Source: a virus (lineage: Duplodnaviria > Caudoviricetes). Taken from it: a DNA stretch of 26,953 bases. The position numbers and the translations under genes are program-made. The DNA lies in the IMG/VR virus record IMGVR_UViG_3300020044_003294, positions 1 through 26,953 of that record; one strand, given 5' to 3'. Below the pieces are notes generated by a model. The model had not been told where the DNA came from, did no database searches, and worked only from the letters and a program-made list of their open reading frames with translations. Numbering within the stretch: position 1 is the first letter of the stretch; each line of letters opens with the position of its first letter. This document shows positions 1-9,144 of the stretch, piece after piece.

Positions 1-1
1 T

Positions 2-34
2 GTAGCAGATGCTATTGGAGTAGTAATCATCTAA
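2..34 (+). CDS. 3' end of a gene truncated by the window edge (...VADAIGVVII*)
   Basis: Open frame ending at TAA 32-34, followed by an A-rich start for the next ORF. Confidence 0.45.
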   Translation, partial: VADAIGVVII

Positions 35-44
35 AACACGAAAA

Positions 45-173
45 ATGTTAACACTAAGCGAAGAACAAGTAAAGCAATTGGAAGCAATCTTGAGTGAACT
101 ACCGATGAAGTTCGGAGTTCCGATTTTGAACATCTTAAACGAAGCGAGTAAACCAACGGATGAAGCAGAGTGA
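45..173 (+). CDS. Small hypothetical protein, 42 aa (MLTLSEEQVKQLEAILSELPMKFGVPILNILNEASKPTDEAE)
   Basis: Translated by hand (below the ORF-track cutoff); AAAAATG start; overlaps next gene. Confidence 0.7.
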   Translation: MLTLSEEQVKQLEAILSELPMKFGVPILNILNEASKPTDEAE

Positions 174-666
174 GTTACAAAAAGAATTAGATAAGTTCAA
201 GAACTTCGTCATAAGCGAATCGCAGAAGAATTTGCGTAAGCTAGGAAAAGACGGAGGGAAACTTTACGATTCAATTCAAGCTCGTGTAAAAGCTAATCCT
301 AATTCATTCGAGATGGAGTTCTCAATGGAGGAGTACGGGATCTATCAAGACAAAGGAGTTTCAGGTACTGAAAAGAAATACAATACCCAGTACAAGTACA
401 CTACTAAAGCTCCTCCTCCGAAAGCGTTTGATAAGTGGATAGTTCGTAAAGGATTATCACCACGAAAAAACGGAAAGTTCCAAACGAGGAAAGGATTGCA
501 GTTTGCTTTGTCTAGATACATATTTAAGAAAGGAATCAAACCTAGTTTGTTCTTTACTAAACCATTTGAAAAAGCATATAAGAAATTACCACAAGATTTA
601 GTGGACGCATTCGGAGTGGATGCAATTAAATTATTTAATGAATCAGTATACTTAACAAAAAAATAG
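160..666 (+). CDS. Putative neck/tail-completion (virion morphogenesis, HK97 gp10-like) protein
   Basis: Basic 168 aa protein with GKLYDSI, YGIYQDKG and GIKPSLFFTKPF motifs typical of this class; structural context. Confidence 0.6.
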   Translation: MKQSELQKELDKFKNFVISESQKNLRKLGKDGGKLYDSIQARVKANPNSFEMEFSMEEYGIYQDKGVSGTEKKYNTQYKYTTKAPPPKAFDKWIVRKGLSPRKNGKFQTRKGLQFALSRYIFKKGIKPSLFFTKPFEKAYKKLPQDLVDAFGVDAIKLFNESVYLTKK

Positions 667-1713
667 ATGGCAATTTTCGCACGTTCACCTTATATTCTAA
701 CAATAAACGAAGCATCACAAACTGCTACACAAATTCAAATATTTCTCTGGAACGGAAATAGTACGTCAATGCCTGCTTCTCCTGCTTATACACTAAGTAA
801 GCAAATACCTTCATCAACTGCTCCTTCGACTTACTACGACTTATCACCTTACATCCGAGAGTTTATTAATCACAATGCTTTACAGAACATCACAACAACA
901 AGTGCTGCAAATCCATCTGCTCAATGGTGTTGGGTAGGTGTTAAAACATTTAAAAAAACCACAGGTGCATTTGTTCAGTTTGGTTCAACGCTTACTTACA
1001 GAGCTTACGAAGGGTACGGAAATTATACGGACGGAGCTAATCCTAACTTATTTAGAGTTCACTTAGACCAAGGGACTTATAACTATTATTTAGACGGAAC
1101 AGGAAGCTACGGACATTTAACAATAGAAAACATTTCAGGAGATACAATTAAATACACTAACTTAGTTTCAGGTGCAACTAATACTTCGTCTTTAGGAGCA
1201 TTAAACGTACTTGACTACCCTAGAATATTCTCATCATATTTAACTGCAGGAAACAAAGTAGAAATCATTAACGCAGGAACTACGGTATGGACTGCAACTT
1301 TTCAACCTAAAGGAGAATGTAAATACACACCTGTACGTTGCGATTTTGTAAATAAATACGGAGCTTGGCAGACTGAATGGTTTTTTAAAGCAAGCAACAA
1401 ATCTATCAGCGTTGAAAACACGGAATACAATTTAATGCCTGCAACTTATCCTTCTTACGATGTTTTAGAAGGTCAAAGAAAAGTGTTTAACACAAACGGA
1501 AAAGAACAGATTAAAGTAAATACCGATTGGGTAAACGAAAGCTACTCAGAAACGATTAAACAACTAATGTTAAGCGAAAGAATCTTACTAGACAAATCAC
1601 CTGTTAAGATAAACACGAAATCAACTGAGTTATTCAAAAGCATCAACACGCATATGATTAACTACCAACTAGACTTTGAATACGCTTACGACACAATTAA
1701 CTCAGTAGTGTAA
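667..1713 (+). CDS. Putative tail/baseplate structural protein
   Basis: 348 aa, Thr/Ser/Asn-rich beta-type composition, FVNKYGAW motif; upstream of large tail protein and tape measure. Confidence 0.5.
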   Translation: MAIFARSPYILTINEASQTATQIQIFLWNGNSTSMPASPAYTLSKQIPSSTAPSTYYDLSPYIREFINHNALQNITTTSAANPSAQWCWVGVKTFKKTTGAFVQFGSTLTYRAYEGYGNYTDGANPNLFRVHLDQGTYNYYLDGTGSYGHLTIENISGDTIKYTNLVSGATNTSSLGALNVLDYPRIFSSYLTAGNKVEIINAGTTVWTATFQPKGECKYTPVRCDFVNKYGAWQTEWFFKASNKSISVENTEYNLMPATYPSYDVLEGQRKVFNTNGKEQIKVNTDWVNESYSETIKQLMLSERILLDKSPVKINTKSTELFKSINTHMINYQLDFEYAYDTINSVV

Positions 1714-3974
1714 TGAATAGAAAAGTACAAGTATACATCGAAGGACAAAGACTCGAACTATTCAACGATGAACAGATTCAGGTAACATCAACGCAACAGA
1801 ACGTAGCAGACATTTCAAAGACTTACACGGACTTTTCACAGAGCTTTACCGTTCCTGCTTCTGAGATAAACAATGCTATCTTTCAACACTTTTACCAGAG
1901 TGATGTAGATTCAACATTAGATCACAACCTAAGAAGAAACGCATTTATAGAAATTGACTTAACTTTCTTTAGACGTGGTAAAATTCAGATTGAAAAAGCG
2001 AACCTAAAAAACGGAAAAGCGGAAAGCTATTCATTAAGTTTTTACGGAGAAGGCAGAACGTTGTTAGATTACTTTGGTGAGGACTTGCTTTCTAATTTAG
2101 ATTATACAAGTTTAAACCATTCCTATACAGGTGCGGAAGTAAAGACAAGAGTGACAAACTCTACGAATACTTACAATGTAAAATATCCATTAATTAGATC
2201 CAAAAGGATTTGGACTTGGACAGGAGAAGCACCTACTACAATTACTCCTAGTTGGTTAACGATATCTACGGCTTCTGCTAATGACATCCATCAAAAAACA
2301 GGACACATTCATTACAATGAGCTATTTCCTGCAGTTAGAGTATCAGAGATATTTAAACGCATTTCAGAAAAATACGGAGTTAACTTTTACGGAAACTTTT
2401 TGCTTGATGAAAGATTTACTAAACTTTTCTTGTGGTATAAAAATAGAAACGAGTTTAACTTTGTAACTGAAGCACAAACAATTACATTTGATGCACTAAC
2501 AACTTCTTCAAACCCTGCTACTGATTCATTCAATTTAATAGATGATTCAATAAGAGTACAATATCAAACTCTTGCGTCTGCTCACACAATTATTGTTAAT
2601 GTTATTAGTTTAACGGGTAGTGTTGATTACACTTTGGATGTATATCAAAACGGAAACCTGTATCAAAGTATTCCATTTACTACAACTGGAAACATAACTG
2701 CTGCATCTGTTTTTAATGTAACAGGATTAGATGATACATATACTTTTAAAGTCAAATCTAATTTAGCAGCAACTGTTGATTTCACAATTAATTACACAAT
2801 AGTTTATCCTACTCCTCCATCAGTAACTATTGATTATGGAGCAGCAAGTTGTAATGCAGTAACCTTAACTGCCATTACTGATTTAGCTTCTTATTCCCCT
2901 GCGATGAAGATAAGTGATTTCTTTAGTGGAATCCTAAAGATTTTCAATATGACTTGCTATGCAATCACGGAGAATAACTTTCAAATAGAACCATTAGACG
3001 ATTGGTATTCAGCAGGAGCAATAGTTAACATATCAAAATACACAGACGTAAATTCTATTGACATAGACAGAATGAAACTCTATAAGAAGATTACGATGAA
3101 GTATCAAACATCAGAATCATTCTTAAACAAGCAGTTCAGTCAATTATTTATGCGTGAGTACGGAGATACTTCATACCAATATTCTTACGATGGGGATGAG
3201 TTTACTTTAGACGTTCCTTTCGAGAATTTGTTACAGACTAAATTTACAGGCACGGATTTACAAGTAGGTTACTCTTTAAACAACGAGTTTGCTCCATACG
3301 TTCCTAAACCTGTGTTACTTTATCAATACAATAATAAGACAGTTGATTTTCACTTCAACGATGGAACGTCAACTACTAACATAACTAACTACACACCATT
3401 CGGACAAGACTTATTAACGAACTCAACAAACTACACGTTAAACTTCGCACCTGATATTAGCACAATGCTAAACGTACCTGTGCAACAAACTTTGTTTGGT
3501 ACTTATTACTTTAGTTACTTATACAATCTTTACAACTTAAAACAACGACTAGTAAGTTTAAAAACTATCCTTCCAATTGGATTGCTTACAGGTTTACGTT
3601 TAAACGATAGATTAGTGATCAGAGATAAACGCTACATCATTAACTCAATGCAATCTAACTTAACTACTGGAGAAGTAAACTTTCAGTTGATATTAGATTT
3701 TAGACCAATTGTAAATTTGACTCAAATCCCTTATGTTGGAGTTGGAGGCGGAACAATAAGAGTTGCAATCAATATGATTAACAATGCTGTATCTACTAAA
3801 ATAGGAAGTACAGTTGGCGGGGTAACAGTTTCTCCTAGCACTACGACTACAAGCCAATTTGTTGATGTTACATTACCTGCAGGAAAAGACGGAGATATCT
3901 ACCCTTTAGAAGTAGAGTACACATTAATAAACGGAGATATAGAAATTCAAACAATAAACATTATACAAAGATGA
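1713..3974 (+). CDS. Large tail-tip/baseplate hub-like protein
   Basis: 753 aa; N-terminal DISKTYTDFSQSFTVPAS and C-terminal LNDRLVIRDKRYIINS segments; variable-looking Thr-rich middle; TAATG coupling to the previous gene. Confidence 0.55.
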   Translation: MNRKVQVYIEGQRLELFNDEQIQVTSTQQNVADISKTYTDFSQSFTVPASEINNAIFQHFYQSDVDSTLDHNLRRNAFIEIDLTFFRRGKIQIEKANLKNGKAESYSLSFYGEGRTLLDYFGEDLLSNLDYTSLNHSYTGAEVKTRVTNSTNTYNVKYPLIRSKRIWTWTGEAPTTITPSWLTISTASANDIHQKTGHIHYNELFPAVRVSEIFKRISEKYGVNFYGNFLLDERFTKLFLWYKNRNEFNFVTEAQTITFDALTTSSNPATDSFNLIDDSIRVQYQTLASAHTIIVNVISLTGSVDYTLDVYQNGNLYQSIPFTTTGNITAASVFNVTGLDDTYTFKVKSNLAATVDFTINYTIVYPTPPSVTIDYGAASCNAVTLTAITDLASYSPAMKISDFFSGILKIFNMTCYAITENNFQIEPLDDWYSAGAIVNISKYTDVNSIDIDRMKLYKKITMKYQTSESFLNKQFSQLFMREYGDTSYQYSYDGDEFTLDVPFENLLQTKFTGTDLQVGYSLNNEFAPYVPKPVLLYQYNNKTVDFHFNDGTSTTNITNYTPFGQDLLTNSTNYTLNFAPDISTMLNVPVQQTLFGTYYFSYLYNLYNLKQRLVSLKTILPIGLLTGLRLNDRLVIRDKRYIINSMQSNLTTGEVNFQLILDFRPIVNLTQIPYVGVGGGTIRVAINMINNAVSTKIGSTVGGVTVSPSTTTTSQFVDVTLPAGKDGDIYPLEVEYTLINGDIEIQTINIIQR

Positions 3975-4126
3975 TAAAGAACATAATCGCAATGCTTACA
4001 ATAGATAATTTCTACGGAGTATCAGAGAACATTGACATAGCAAAAGGAAAGTATGTATTAACACATTCCTTCCGTAAAATGACAAGACAAGAGATAAGAA
4101 AAAACGCACGCAAAAAAGTTAACTGA
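3971..4126 (+). CDS. Small basic hypothetical protein, 51 aa (MIKNIIAMLTIDNFYGVSENIDIAKGKY...)
   Basis: Translated by hand; ATGA overlap upstream and TGATG overlap with the tape measure start. Confidence 0.75.
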   Translation: MIKNIIAMLTIDNFYGVSENIDIAKGKYVLTHSFRKMTRQEIRKNARKKVN

Positions 4127-5988
4127 TGGCAGAAAAGAAAGTAATAGATATACAAATCAATAGTAATGCAAAAAACGTTACTGCTGATATTAATAATGCT
4201 GCACAAGCAACAACTAATCTAGGTAACGCATCAGCAGAAGCAGGTTCTAAATCCAAAGCTTTAAATGATGTTAAAAATGTCATTACAGGAATGGTGCCTT
4301 CTCTTAAATCTGCGGAAGGTGGAGTAAATGGATTTAGCACAAGTTTAAAGGCGTTACTTGCTAATCCTGTTGTATTGGTTATTACAGGAATTGTAGGAGC
4401 ATTAAAGTTTGTCTATGAAGCATTCCAATCCAATGTAAAGATTGGTAAAGAAATTGCAACAGTTTGGGCAGGATTAAGCGGAGTAGGAAGTCAGATCGTA
4501 GATTCTGTAATGGGATTAGTTAGAGCCTTTGCATACGCAGCAGAAGCAGCATATAAATTTATTACTTTAGATTTTACAGGTGCAGCCAAAGCAATGAAAA
4601 AAGCCAATGGAGAAGCATCAACTTCATTCAATCAATTAAAAGATGCAGTTGACGGAACAACGTTTTCTATTTTAAAAGGATTAGAAAAGCAACAACAAGC
4701 AAATAATAAAGCTAAAAAAGAACAATCAGTTAGGCAATCTGAGATAAACAAATTACTCGTTCAATCTCGTGAGATTTTAACGGATGAAACTGCATCTATA
4801 AAAGATAAAAAGAAAGCGTTAGAAGAAGTAACAAAAGCGGAAAAAGATAGCTCAAAAGAAAAAGTTAGAACCGCACAAGTAGACTTGAACATTTTAAAAT
4901 CAAAAGCTAAAGCATTAGGTGGACAAGCTGAGGTTAAAATGAAGCAAGAAATACGTGAAGCTACAATTGCATTAAATGAAGCTGAAACGGAAAATGCAAT
5001 GACTGGGATTAAATTGAATAAGCAACGTAAAATGTTACTTAAACAAGAAGTTGCAGATGGAAAAGAAGCAGCAGATGCAGCGAAGGAAAGAGCAAAAGAA
5101 AAAAGCCAAGCAGAAGAAGCATATTTAAAAGCAAAAACAGATGTAGTAAATAAAATTTCTCAACTTGACAGAGATTATCAAGACTCACTTTTAACAGAAC
5201 AACAACGTGAAGTTTTAGCCGTTACCCGTAAATATGAAGCACTATATACAGACGCTGAAAAATACAAATTAGACGTTACTAAATTAAAGGAAGATGAAAT
5301 TGCTGAGTTAAAGCGTTTAGATGAAAAACACGATGAACTAAGATTAAAGGAACTTGAAGCAGACAAAGTAAAAGTTGTATCAACAAAAGATGCGGTTAAA
5401 TCTGTAATGTCTGAAAGGCAAAAAGAACTTGAAGCAGAAAAGGTAATCTCTGATAAAAAAATACAAATTGCAAAAGAGGAAGCCGATAAAATAAAAGCAT
5501 TAGAAGAAAAAAAGAAAAAAGCAAGAACTGATGCACTTGAAGCAACCGCAGCTACATTAGGTGGGATATCTAAATTATTTGGTGAACAAACAAAAGTTGG
5601 TAAAGCAGCAGCAATTGCAGAAGCAACAATTCAAATGTTCTTATCAGCACAAAAGGCATATTCAAGTACAGTTGGTATTCCAATTGTTGGCCCTGTATTA
5701 GCACCAATAAACGCAGGTTTAGCAATCGCAGCAGGTATTAAAAATATTAAAGCAATAAATGCGGTTAAAACTCCAAATGGTGGAGGAGGTGGTTCTGTTC
5801 CATCAACAGGAGGAGCAGGAGGAACTGCAGCACAACCTGCAAACTTTAACGTGGTAGGTAACTCAGGAATCAATCAGTTAGCACAACTTCAACAACAACC
5901 TGCAAAGGCATATGTCGTTTCAAGTGATGTAACATCAGGACAATCTTTGGATAGAAACAGAATTGAAAATGCAACATTAGTACAATAA
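4126..5988 (+). CDS. Tail tape measure protein
   Basis: 620 aa, Ala/Lys/Glu-rich helical coiled coil, hydrophobic segments (LLANPVVLVITGIVGAL; GIPIVGPVLAP), Gly-rich C-terminal linker. Confidence 0.8.
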   Translation: MAEKKVIDIQINSNAKNVTADINNAAQATTNLGNASAEAGSKSKALNDVKNVITGMVPSLKSAEGGVNGFSTSLKALLANPVVLVITGIVGALKFVYEAFQSNVKIGKEIATVWAGLSGVGSQIVDSVMGLVRAFAYAAEAAYKFITLDFTGAAKAMKKANGEASTSFNQLKDAVDGTTFSILKGLEKQQQANNKAKKEQSVRQSEINKLLVQSREILTDETASIKDKKKALEEVTKAEKDSSKEKVRTAQVDLNILKSKAKALGGQAEVKMKQEIREATIALNEAETENAMTGIKLNKQRKMLLKQEVADGKEAADAAKERAKEKSQAEEAYLKAKTDVVNKISQLDRDYQDSLLTEQQREVLAVTRKYEALYTDAEKYKLDVTKLKEDEIAELKRLDEKHDELRLKELEADKVKVVSTKDAVKSVMSERQKELEAEKVISDKKIQIAKEEADKIKALEEKKKKARTDALEATAATLGGISKLFGEQTKVGKAAAIAEATIQMFLSAQKAYSSTVGIPIVGPVLAPINAGLAIAAGIKNIKAINAVKTPNGGGGGSVPSTGGAGGTAAQPANFNVVGNSGINQLAQLQQQPAKAYVVSSDVTSGQSLDRNRIENATLVQ

Positions 5989-6000
5989 AACGTTTAAATA
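5966..6000 (+). promoter_or_regulatory. Putative late (ECF-sigma) promoter AAAATGCAAC-N15-CGTTTAAATA
   Basis: Near-identical bipartite motif at 6779-6814 and a partial copy at 9113-9141; AAC/CGT matches the ECF promoter consensus. Confidence 0.6.
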
Positions 6001-6002
6001 TT

Positions 6003-6593
6003 ATGAAGATTATAGAATTAGTAATTGACTCAAAGGATGAATTAAGCGGAATTGACGCAGTATCGGTAGTTCATTCTCCAGCAATAGAGGAAAACTTTAT
6101 TGCACTAGCAAAACACGAAATAGAGCTAAAAGAAATAGACGCTGAGAAAAAGATTCTTATGGGAGCAGCATTAGTTCCTAATAAACAAATCTACCGAGTA
6201 AACGAAAAAACGAAAGAGGAATATCATATTTACTTTTCTGAAAACACGGTAAGACAAGCATCAGAGTTATTTTTAATGAACTCCAATCAAAACAACGCAA
6301 CCTACGAACACGACAAGAAACTCGAAGGAATGTCAGTTGTAGAAAGTTGGATCATTGAAGATTCTAAACTAGACAAGTCAGCTAAATACGGATTTGATTT
6401 ACCAAAAGGAACTTGGATGATATCAATGAAGGTAAACAACGAGCAAGTTTGGAGTGACGTTAAAGCAGGTAAAGTAAAAGGCTTTAGCATTGAAGGTTAC
6501 TTCGCTGACAAGTTAGAAATGTCAATGATGAGTGAAGAAGATATTTTATTAGAAAAAATCAAACAAATAATTATACAAGATGAGCAAATTTAA
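6003..6593 (+). CDS. XkdF-like putative prohead protease
   Basis: Motifs SVVHSPAIE, MGAALVP, TYEH, VESWII, LPKGTWMISMKV, GFSIEG; directly upstream of scaffold and capsid. Confidence 0.75.
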   Translation: MKIIELVIDSKDELSGIDAVSVVHSPAIEENFIALAKHEIELKEIDAEKKILMGAALVPNKQIYRVNEKTKEEYHIYFSENTVRQASELFLMNSNQNNATYEHDKKLEGMSVVESWIIEDSKLDKSAKYGFDLPKGTWMISMKVNNEQVWSDVKAGKVKGFSIEGYFADKLEMSMMSEEDILLEKIKQIIIQDEQI

Positions 6594-6780
6594 AACACCA
6601 AGTTATTCTTCTCCTAAAGCAGGAAGCAAAAGAGGATGTCTATGCGAAAACGGAACATACTCAAAGAAATGTTGTGATGGAAGTCTACAAGCACAAGGCA
6701 TAGGAGCTACTACAGGAACTGAATCAGTTTCCGTAACAACTAATGGAGGAACGAGAACTATCGTGCGTCAGAACGGATAA
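6580..6780 (+). CDS. Small Cys-rich hypothetical protein
   Basis: RGCLCENGTYSKKCCDGSLQAQGIG; overlaps the protease stop. Confidence 0.7.
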   Translation: MSKFKTPSYSSPKAGSKRGCLCENGTYSKKCCDGSLQAQGIGATTGTESVSVTTNGGTRTIVRQNG

Positions 6781-6814
6781 AATACAACAGTAATATAATA
6801 CAATCGTTTAAATA
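6779..6814 (+). promoter_or_regulatory. Putative late promoter AAAATACAAC-N16-CGTTTAAATA
   Basis: Repeat of the 5966-6000 motif, in the gap before scaffold/capsid. Confidence 0.6.
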
Positions 6815-6835
6815 ATATCTAATTAAAAACAATTT

Positions 6836-7420
6836 ATGAAAAATAGCACAATTAACAAAATCAAATCACTTTTAGGAATGGAAGTGAGTTTAGAAATGAT
6901 GAAGTTAGCAGACGGAGTTACGGTTCTTGAAGCAGACGCATTTGAAATGGATAACGAGGTTTTTATCGTTACAGAAGACGAACAAAAGATTCCTTTGCCA
7001 ATAGGTGAATACGAATTAGAAAGCGGAATGATCCTAGTAGTAGAAGTTGAAGGTATCATCAAAGAAGTTAAAGAAGCAGTAGTTGAAGAAGAAGTTGCTC
7101 CAGAAGTAGAAGCTCCTGAATCAGAAGTTGAAGTAGAAGTTGAAGCAGAAGCTGCAACACCAACTGCTAAGAAAACTATCGAGTCTATCGTTAAAGAAAC
7201 TTTCTTCTCAGAAATCGAAGCACTTAAAAACGAAAATATTGAATTGAAAGCTAAATTGGAATTGCTTTCTAAAGTTGACGAAGTTACAGAAGAAGTAACC
7301 GAACTTTCAGAAGAGCCTAAACCTATCAGCTTTAATCCTGAAAACACGAATGTAGTGATCATTTCCGTTACGCTAAAAAAGGTAACCGTACAACAATGGA
7401 TTCAATCTTTGAAAAATTAA
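6836..7420 (+). CDS. Capsid scaffolding protein (probable frameshift near 7356; alternative end 7428)
   Basis: Very acidic Glu/Val-rich protein with coiled coil, between protease and major capsid. Confidence 0.7.
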   Translation: MKNSTINKIKSLLGMEVSLEMMKLADGVTVLEADAFEMDNEVFIVTEDEQKIPLPIGEYELESGMILVVEVEGIIKEVKEAVVEEEVAPEVEAPESEVEVEVEAEAATPTAKKTIESIVKETFFSEIEALKNENIELKAKLELLSKVDEVTEEVTELSEEPKPISFNPENTNVVIISVTLKKVTVQQWIQSLKN

Positions 7421-7454
7421 ACAAATAATATTAACTAACAAACATTTTTAAAAA

Positions 7455-8411
7455 ATGGCAACTACAACATCAATTACAACTACTTACGCAGGAGAATTTG
7501 CAGGTAAGTACATCGCTGCAGCTTTATTGTCTGCACCAACATTGGACAAAGGTGGTATCACTATCGTTCCTAACGTAAAATTCAAACAAGTTATCAAAAG
7601 AGTAGCTACTGATTCGATTATCGAAAACGCTACTTGTGATTTTGATGCTACATCTACAATCACTTTAACTGAGAAAATCCTTCAACCTGAGGAGTTCCAA
7701 GTTAACTTACAATTGTGTAAAAAAGATTTCGTTTCCGATTGGGAAGCTATCGCAATGGGTTACTCTGCATTTGAAGTAATGCCGAAAAACTTTACAGACT
7801 TCTTATTGGCACACGCTGCTGAGAAAGTTGCTGCTGCAATGGAAACATCTATTTGGACAGGAGTTAACGCAACTGCAGGTCAATTCGCAGGTTTGATGAC
7901 ACAACTTACTACTGATGCTGCTTTACCATCTGCTCAAGAGATTGCTGCAGTTGGTGGTGGTGTTACTGCTGCTAACGTTGTTGCTGAGTTAGGTAAAATT
8001 GTTGATGCTTGTCCTGCTGCTATCTACGGAAAAGAAGACTTGAACATTTATGTATCTAACAATATCTACCGTGCTTATGTACGTGCTTTGGGTGGATTTG
8101 CTGCATCAGGAGTAGGTGCTAACGGATATGACAATAAAGGAACAAACCAAACATTGAATGACCTTTACTTTGATGGAGTTCGTATCTTTTTAGCTAACGG
8201 ATTAGCTTCTAACACAGCTTTACTTTCTCAAAAATCTAACTTGTATTTTGCGACAGGACTGATGAATGATATGAACGAAGTGTCTGTCCTAGACCTTGCT
8301 CAAATTGACGGATCACAAAATATCCGAGTGGTAATGCGTTTCACCGCAGATGCTAAATACGGTTTTGCATCAGACGTAGTTACTTACGGAATCACAAACG
8401 CTGCTAACTAA
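7455..8411 (+). CDS. Major capsid protein
   Basis: 318 aa, strongly biased high-expression codons (GCT/ACT/AAC), follows protease and scaffold, followed by a terminator. Confidence 0.8.
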   Translation: MATTTSITTTYAGEFAGKYIAAALLSAPTLDKGGITIVPNVKFKQVIKRVATDSIIENATCDFDATSTITLTEKILQPEEFQVNLQLCKKDFVSDWEAIAMGYSAFEVMPKNFTDFLLAHAAEKVAAAMETSIWTGVNATAGQFAGLMTQLTTDAALPSAQEIAAVGGGVTAANVVAELGKIVDACPAAIYGKEDLNIYVSNNIYRAYVRALGGFAASGVGANGYDNKGTNQTLNDLYFDGVRIFLANGLASNTALLSQKSNLYFATGLMNDMNEVSVLDLAQIDGSQNIRVVMRFTADAKYGFASDVVTYGITNAAN

Positions 8412-8430
8412 AATTAACAGACAAATATTG

Positions 8431-8460
8431 AAAGGGGAGGTAAAGTGCCTTCCCTTTTTT
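8431..8460 (+). terminator. Rho-independent terminator
   Basis: AAAGGGGAGG-TAAAGTG-CCTTCCCTTT hairpin followed by T-tract. Confidence 0.8.
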
Positions 8461-8487
8461 GTTTAATCTAAATAAAATATACAGAAA

Positions 8488-9057
8488 ATGTGCGAAATAA
8501 CAACAGGCAGACTCGAAGTTTGTAAAGACGTAGTAGGTGGAATTGACGCTATCTACTTTATTAATTACGGGGATTATTCTTTCCCTGCGGACGTAACTTA
8601 CGTTGCATCAACAGATACAATCGATGCAATTGCTAACGTAACATCATTGTACAAATACCAATTGAAAGGAACTAATTCTTTTGACCAAGTAATCAACACT
8701 TCACGTGATGCAGGAACTTCATTTGTAGAACAAACTTTGTCAGTTACTTTGAAAAAACAAGACGCTGCTACACACAAGACAGTTAAGTTATTGTCTTACG
8801 GAAGACCTAATGTAGTAATCAAAACACGTAACAATCAGTTCTTCCTTGCAGGTATCGAACACGGAATGGAGTTAACTACTGCAAACGTAACAAATGGTAC
8901 TGCGATGGGTGACCTAGTTGGTTACACTTTGACATTCGTTGGAACTGAGAAAATCCTTGCTAATCTATTAGATTGTACAGGAGAAACAGGTGCAACAGGA
9001 CTTGCTGGAACTGCAGGAAGTGTATTCGGAGCAACTACAACTATTATCTCCGCTTAA
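8488..9057 (+). CDS. Major tail tube protein (putative)
   Basis: 189 aa, N-terminal C...GRLEVCKDVVGGI, GTSFVEQTLSVTL and GYTLTFVGTE strands; high-expression codon bias. Confidence 0.65.
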   Translation: MCEITTGRLEVCKDVVGGIDAIYFINYGDYSFPADVTYVASTDTIDAIANVTSLYKYQLKGTNSFDQVINTSRDAGTSFVEQTLSVTLKKQDAATHKTVKLLSYGRPNVVIKTRNNQFFLAGIEHGMELTTANVTNGTAMGDLVGYTLTFVGTEKILANLLDCTGETGATGLAGTAGSVFGATTTIISA

Positions 9058-9106
9058 TTCTTTTTTCATAGCTTAAATGAGGGGTGGCTTAGGTCATCCC
9101 TTTTTT
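9058..9106 (+). ncRNA. Candidate 3'-UTR antisense element (TTTTTTCATAGCTT + terminator)
   Basis: 12-nt perfect complements to start regions at 15797-15808 and 15983-15994; paralogous layout to 15549-15600. Confidence 0.4.
9080..9106 (+). terminator. Rho-independent terminator
   Basis: AGGGGTGGC-TTAG-GTCATCCCT stem-loop plus T-tract. Confidence 0.8.
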
Positions 9107-9112
9107 ATTTTA

Positions 9113-9141
9113 AAACGTTTTAATAGTTTGTACGTTTAATA
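9113..9141 (+). promoter_or_regulatory. Putative late promoter AAAC-N16-CGTTTAATA
   Basis: Same AAC/CGTTTAA spacing, immediately after a terminator and before the portal operon. Confidence 0.5.
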
Positions 9142-9144
9142 GAT

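Noticed and set aside
7074-7152. GAAG(T/C)(A/T) low-complexity repeats
   Set aside because: Codon-periodic; explained by the Glu/Val/Ala-rich scaffold linker
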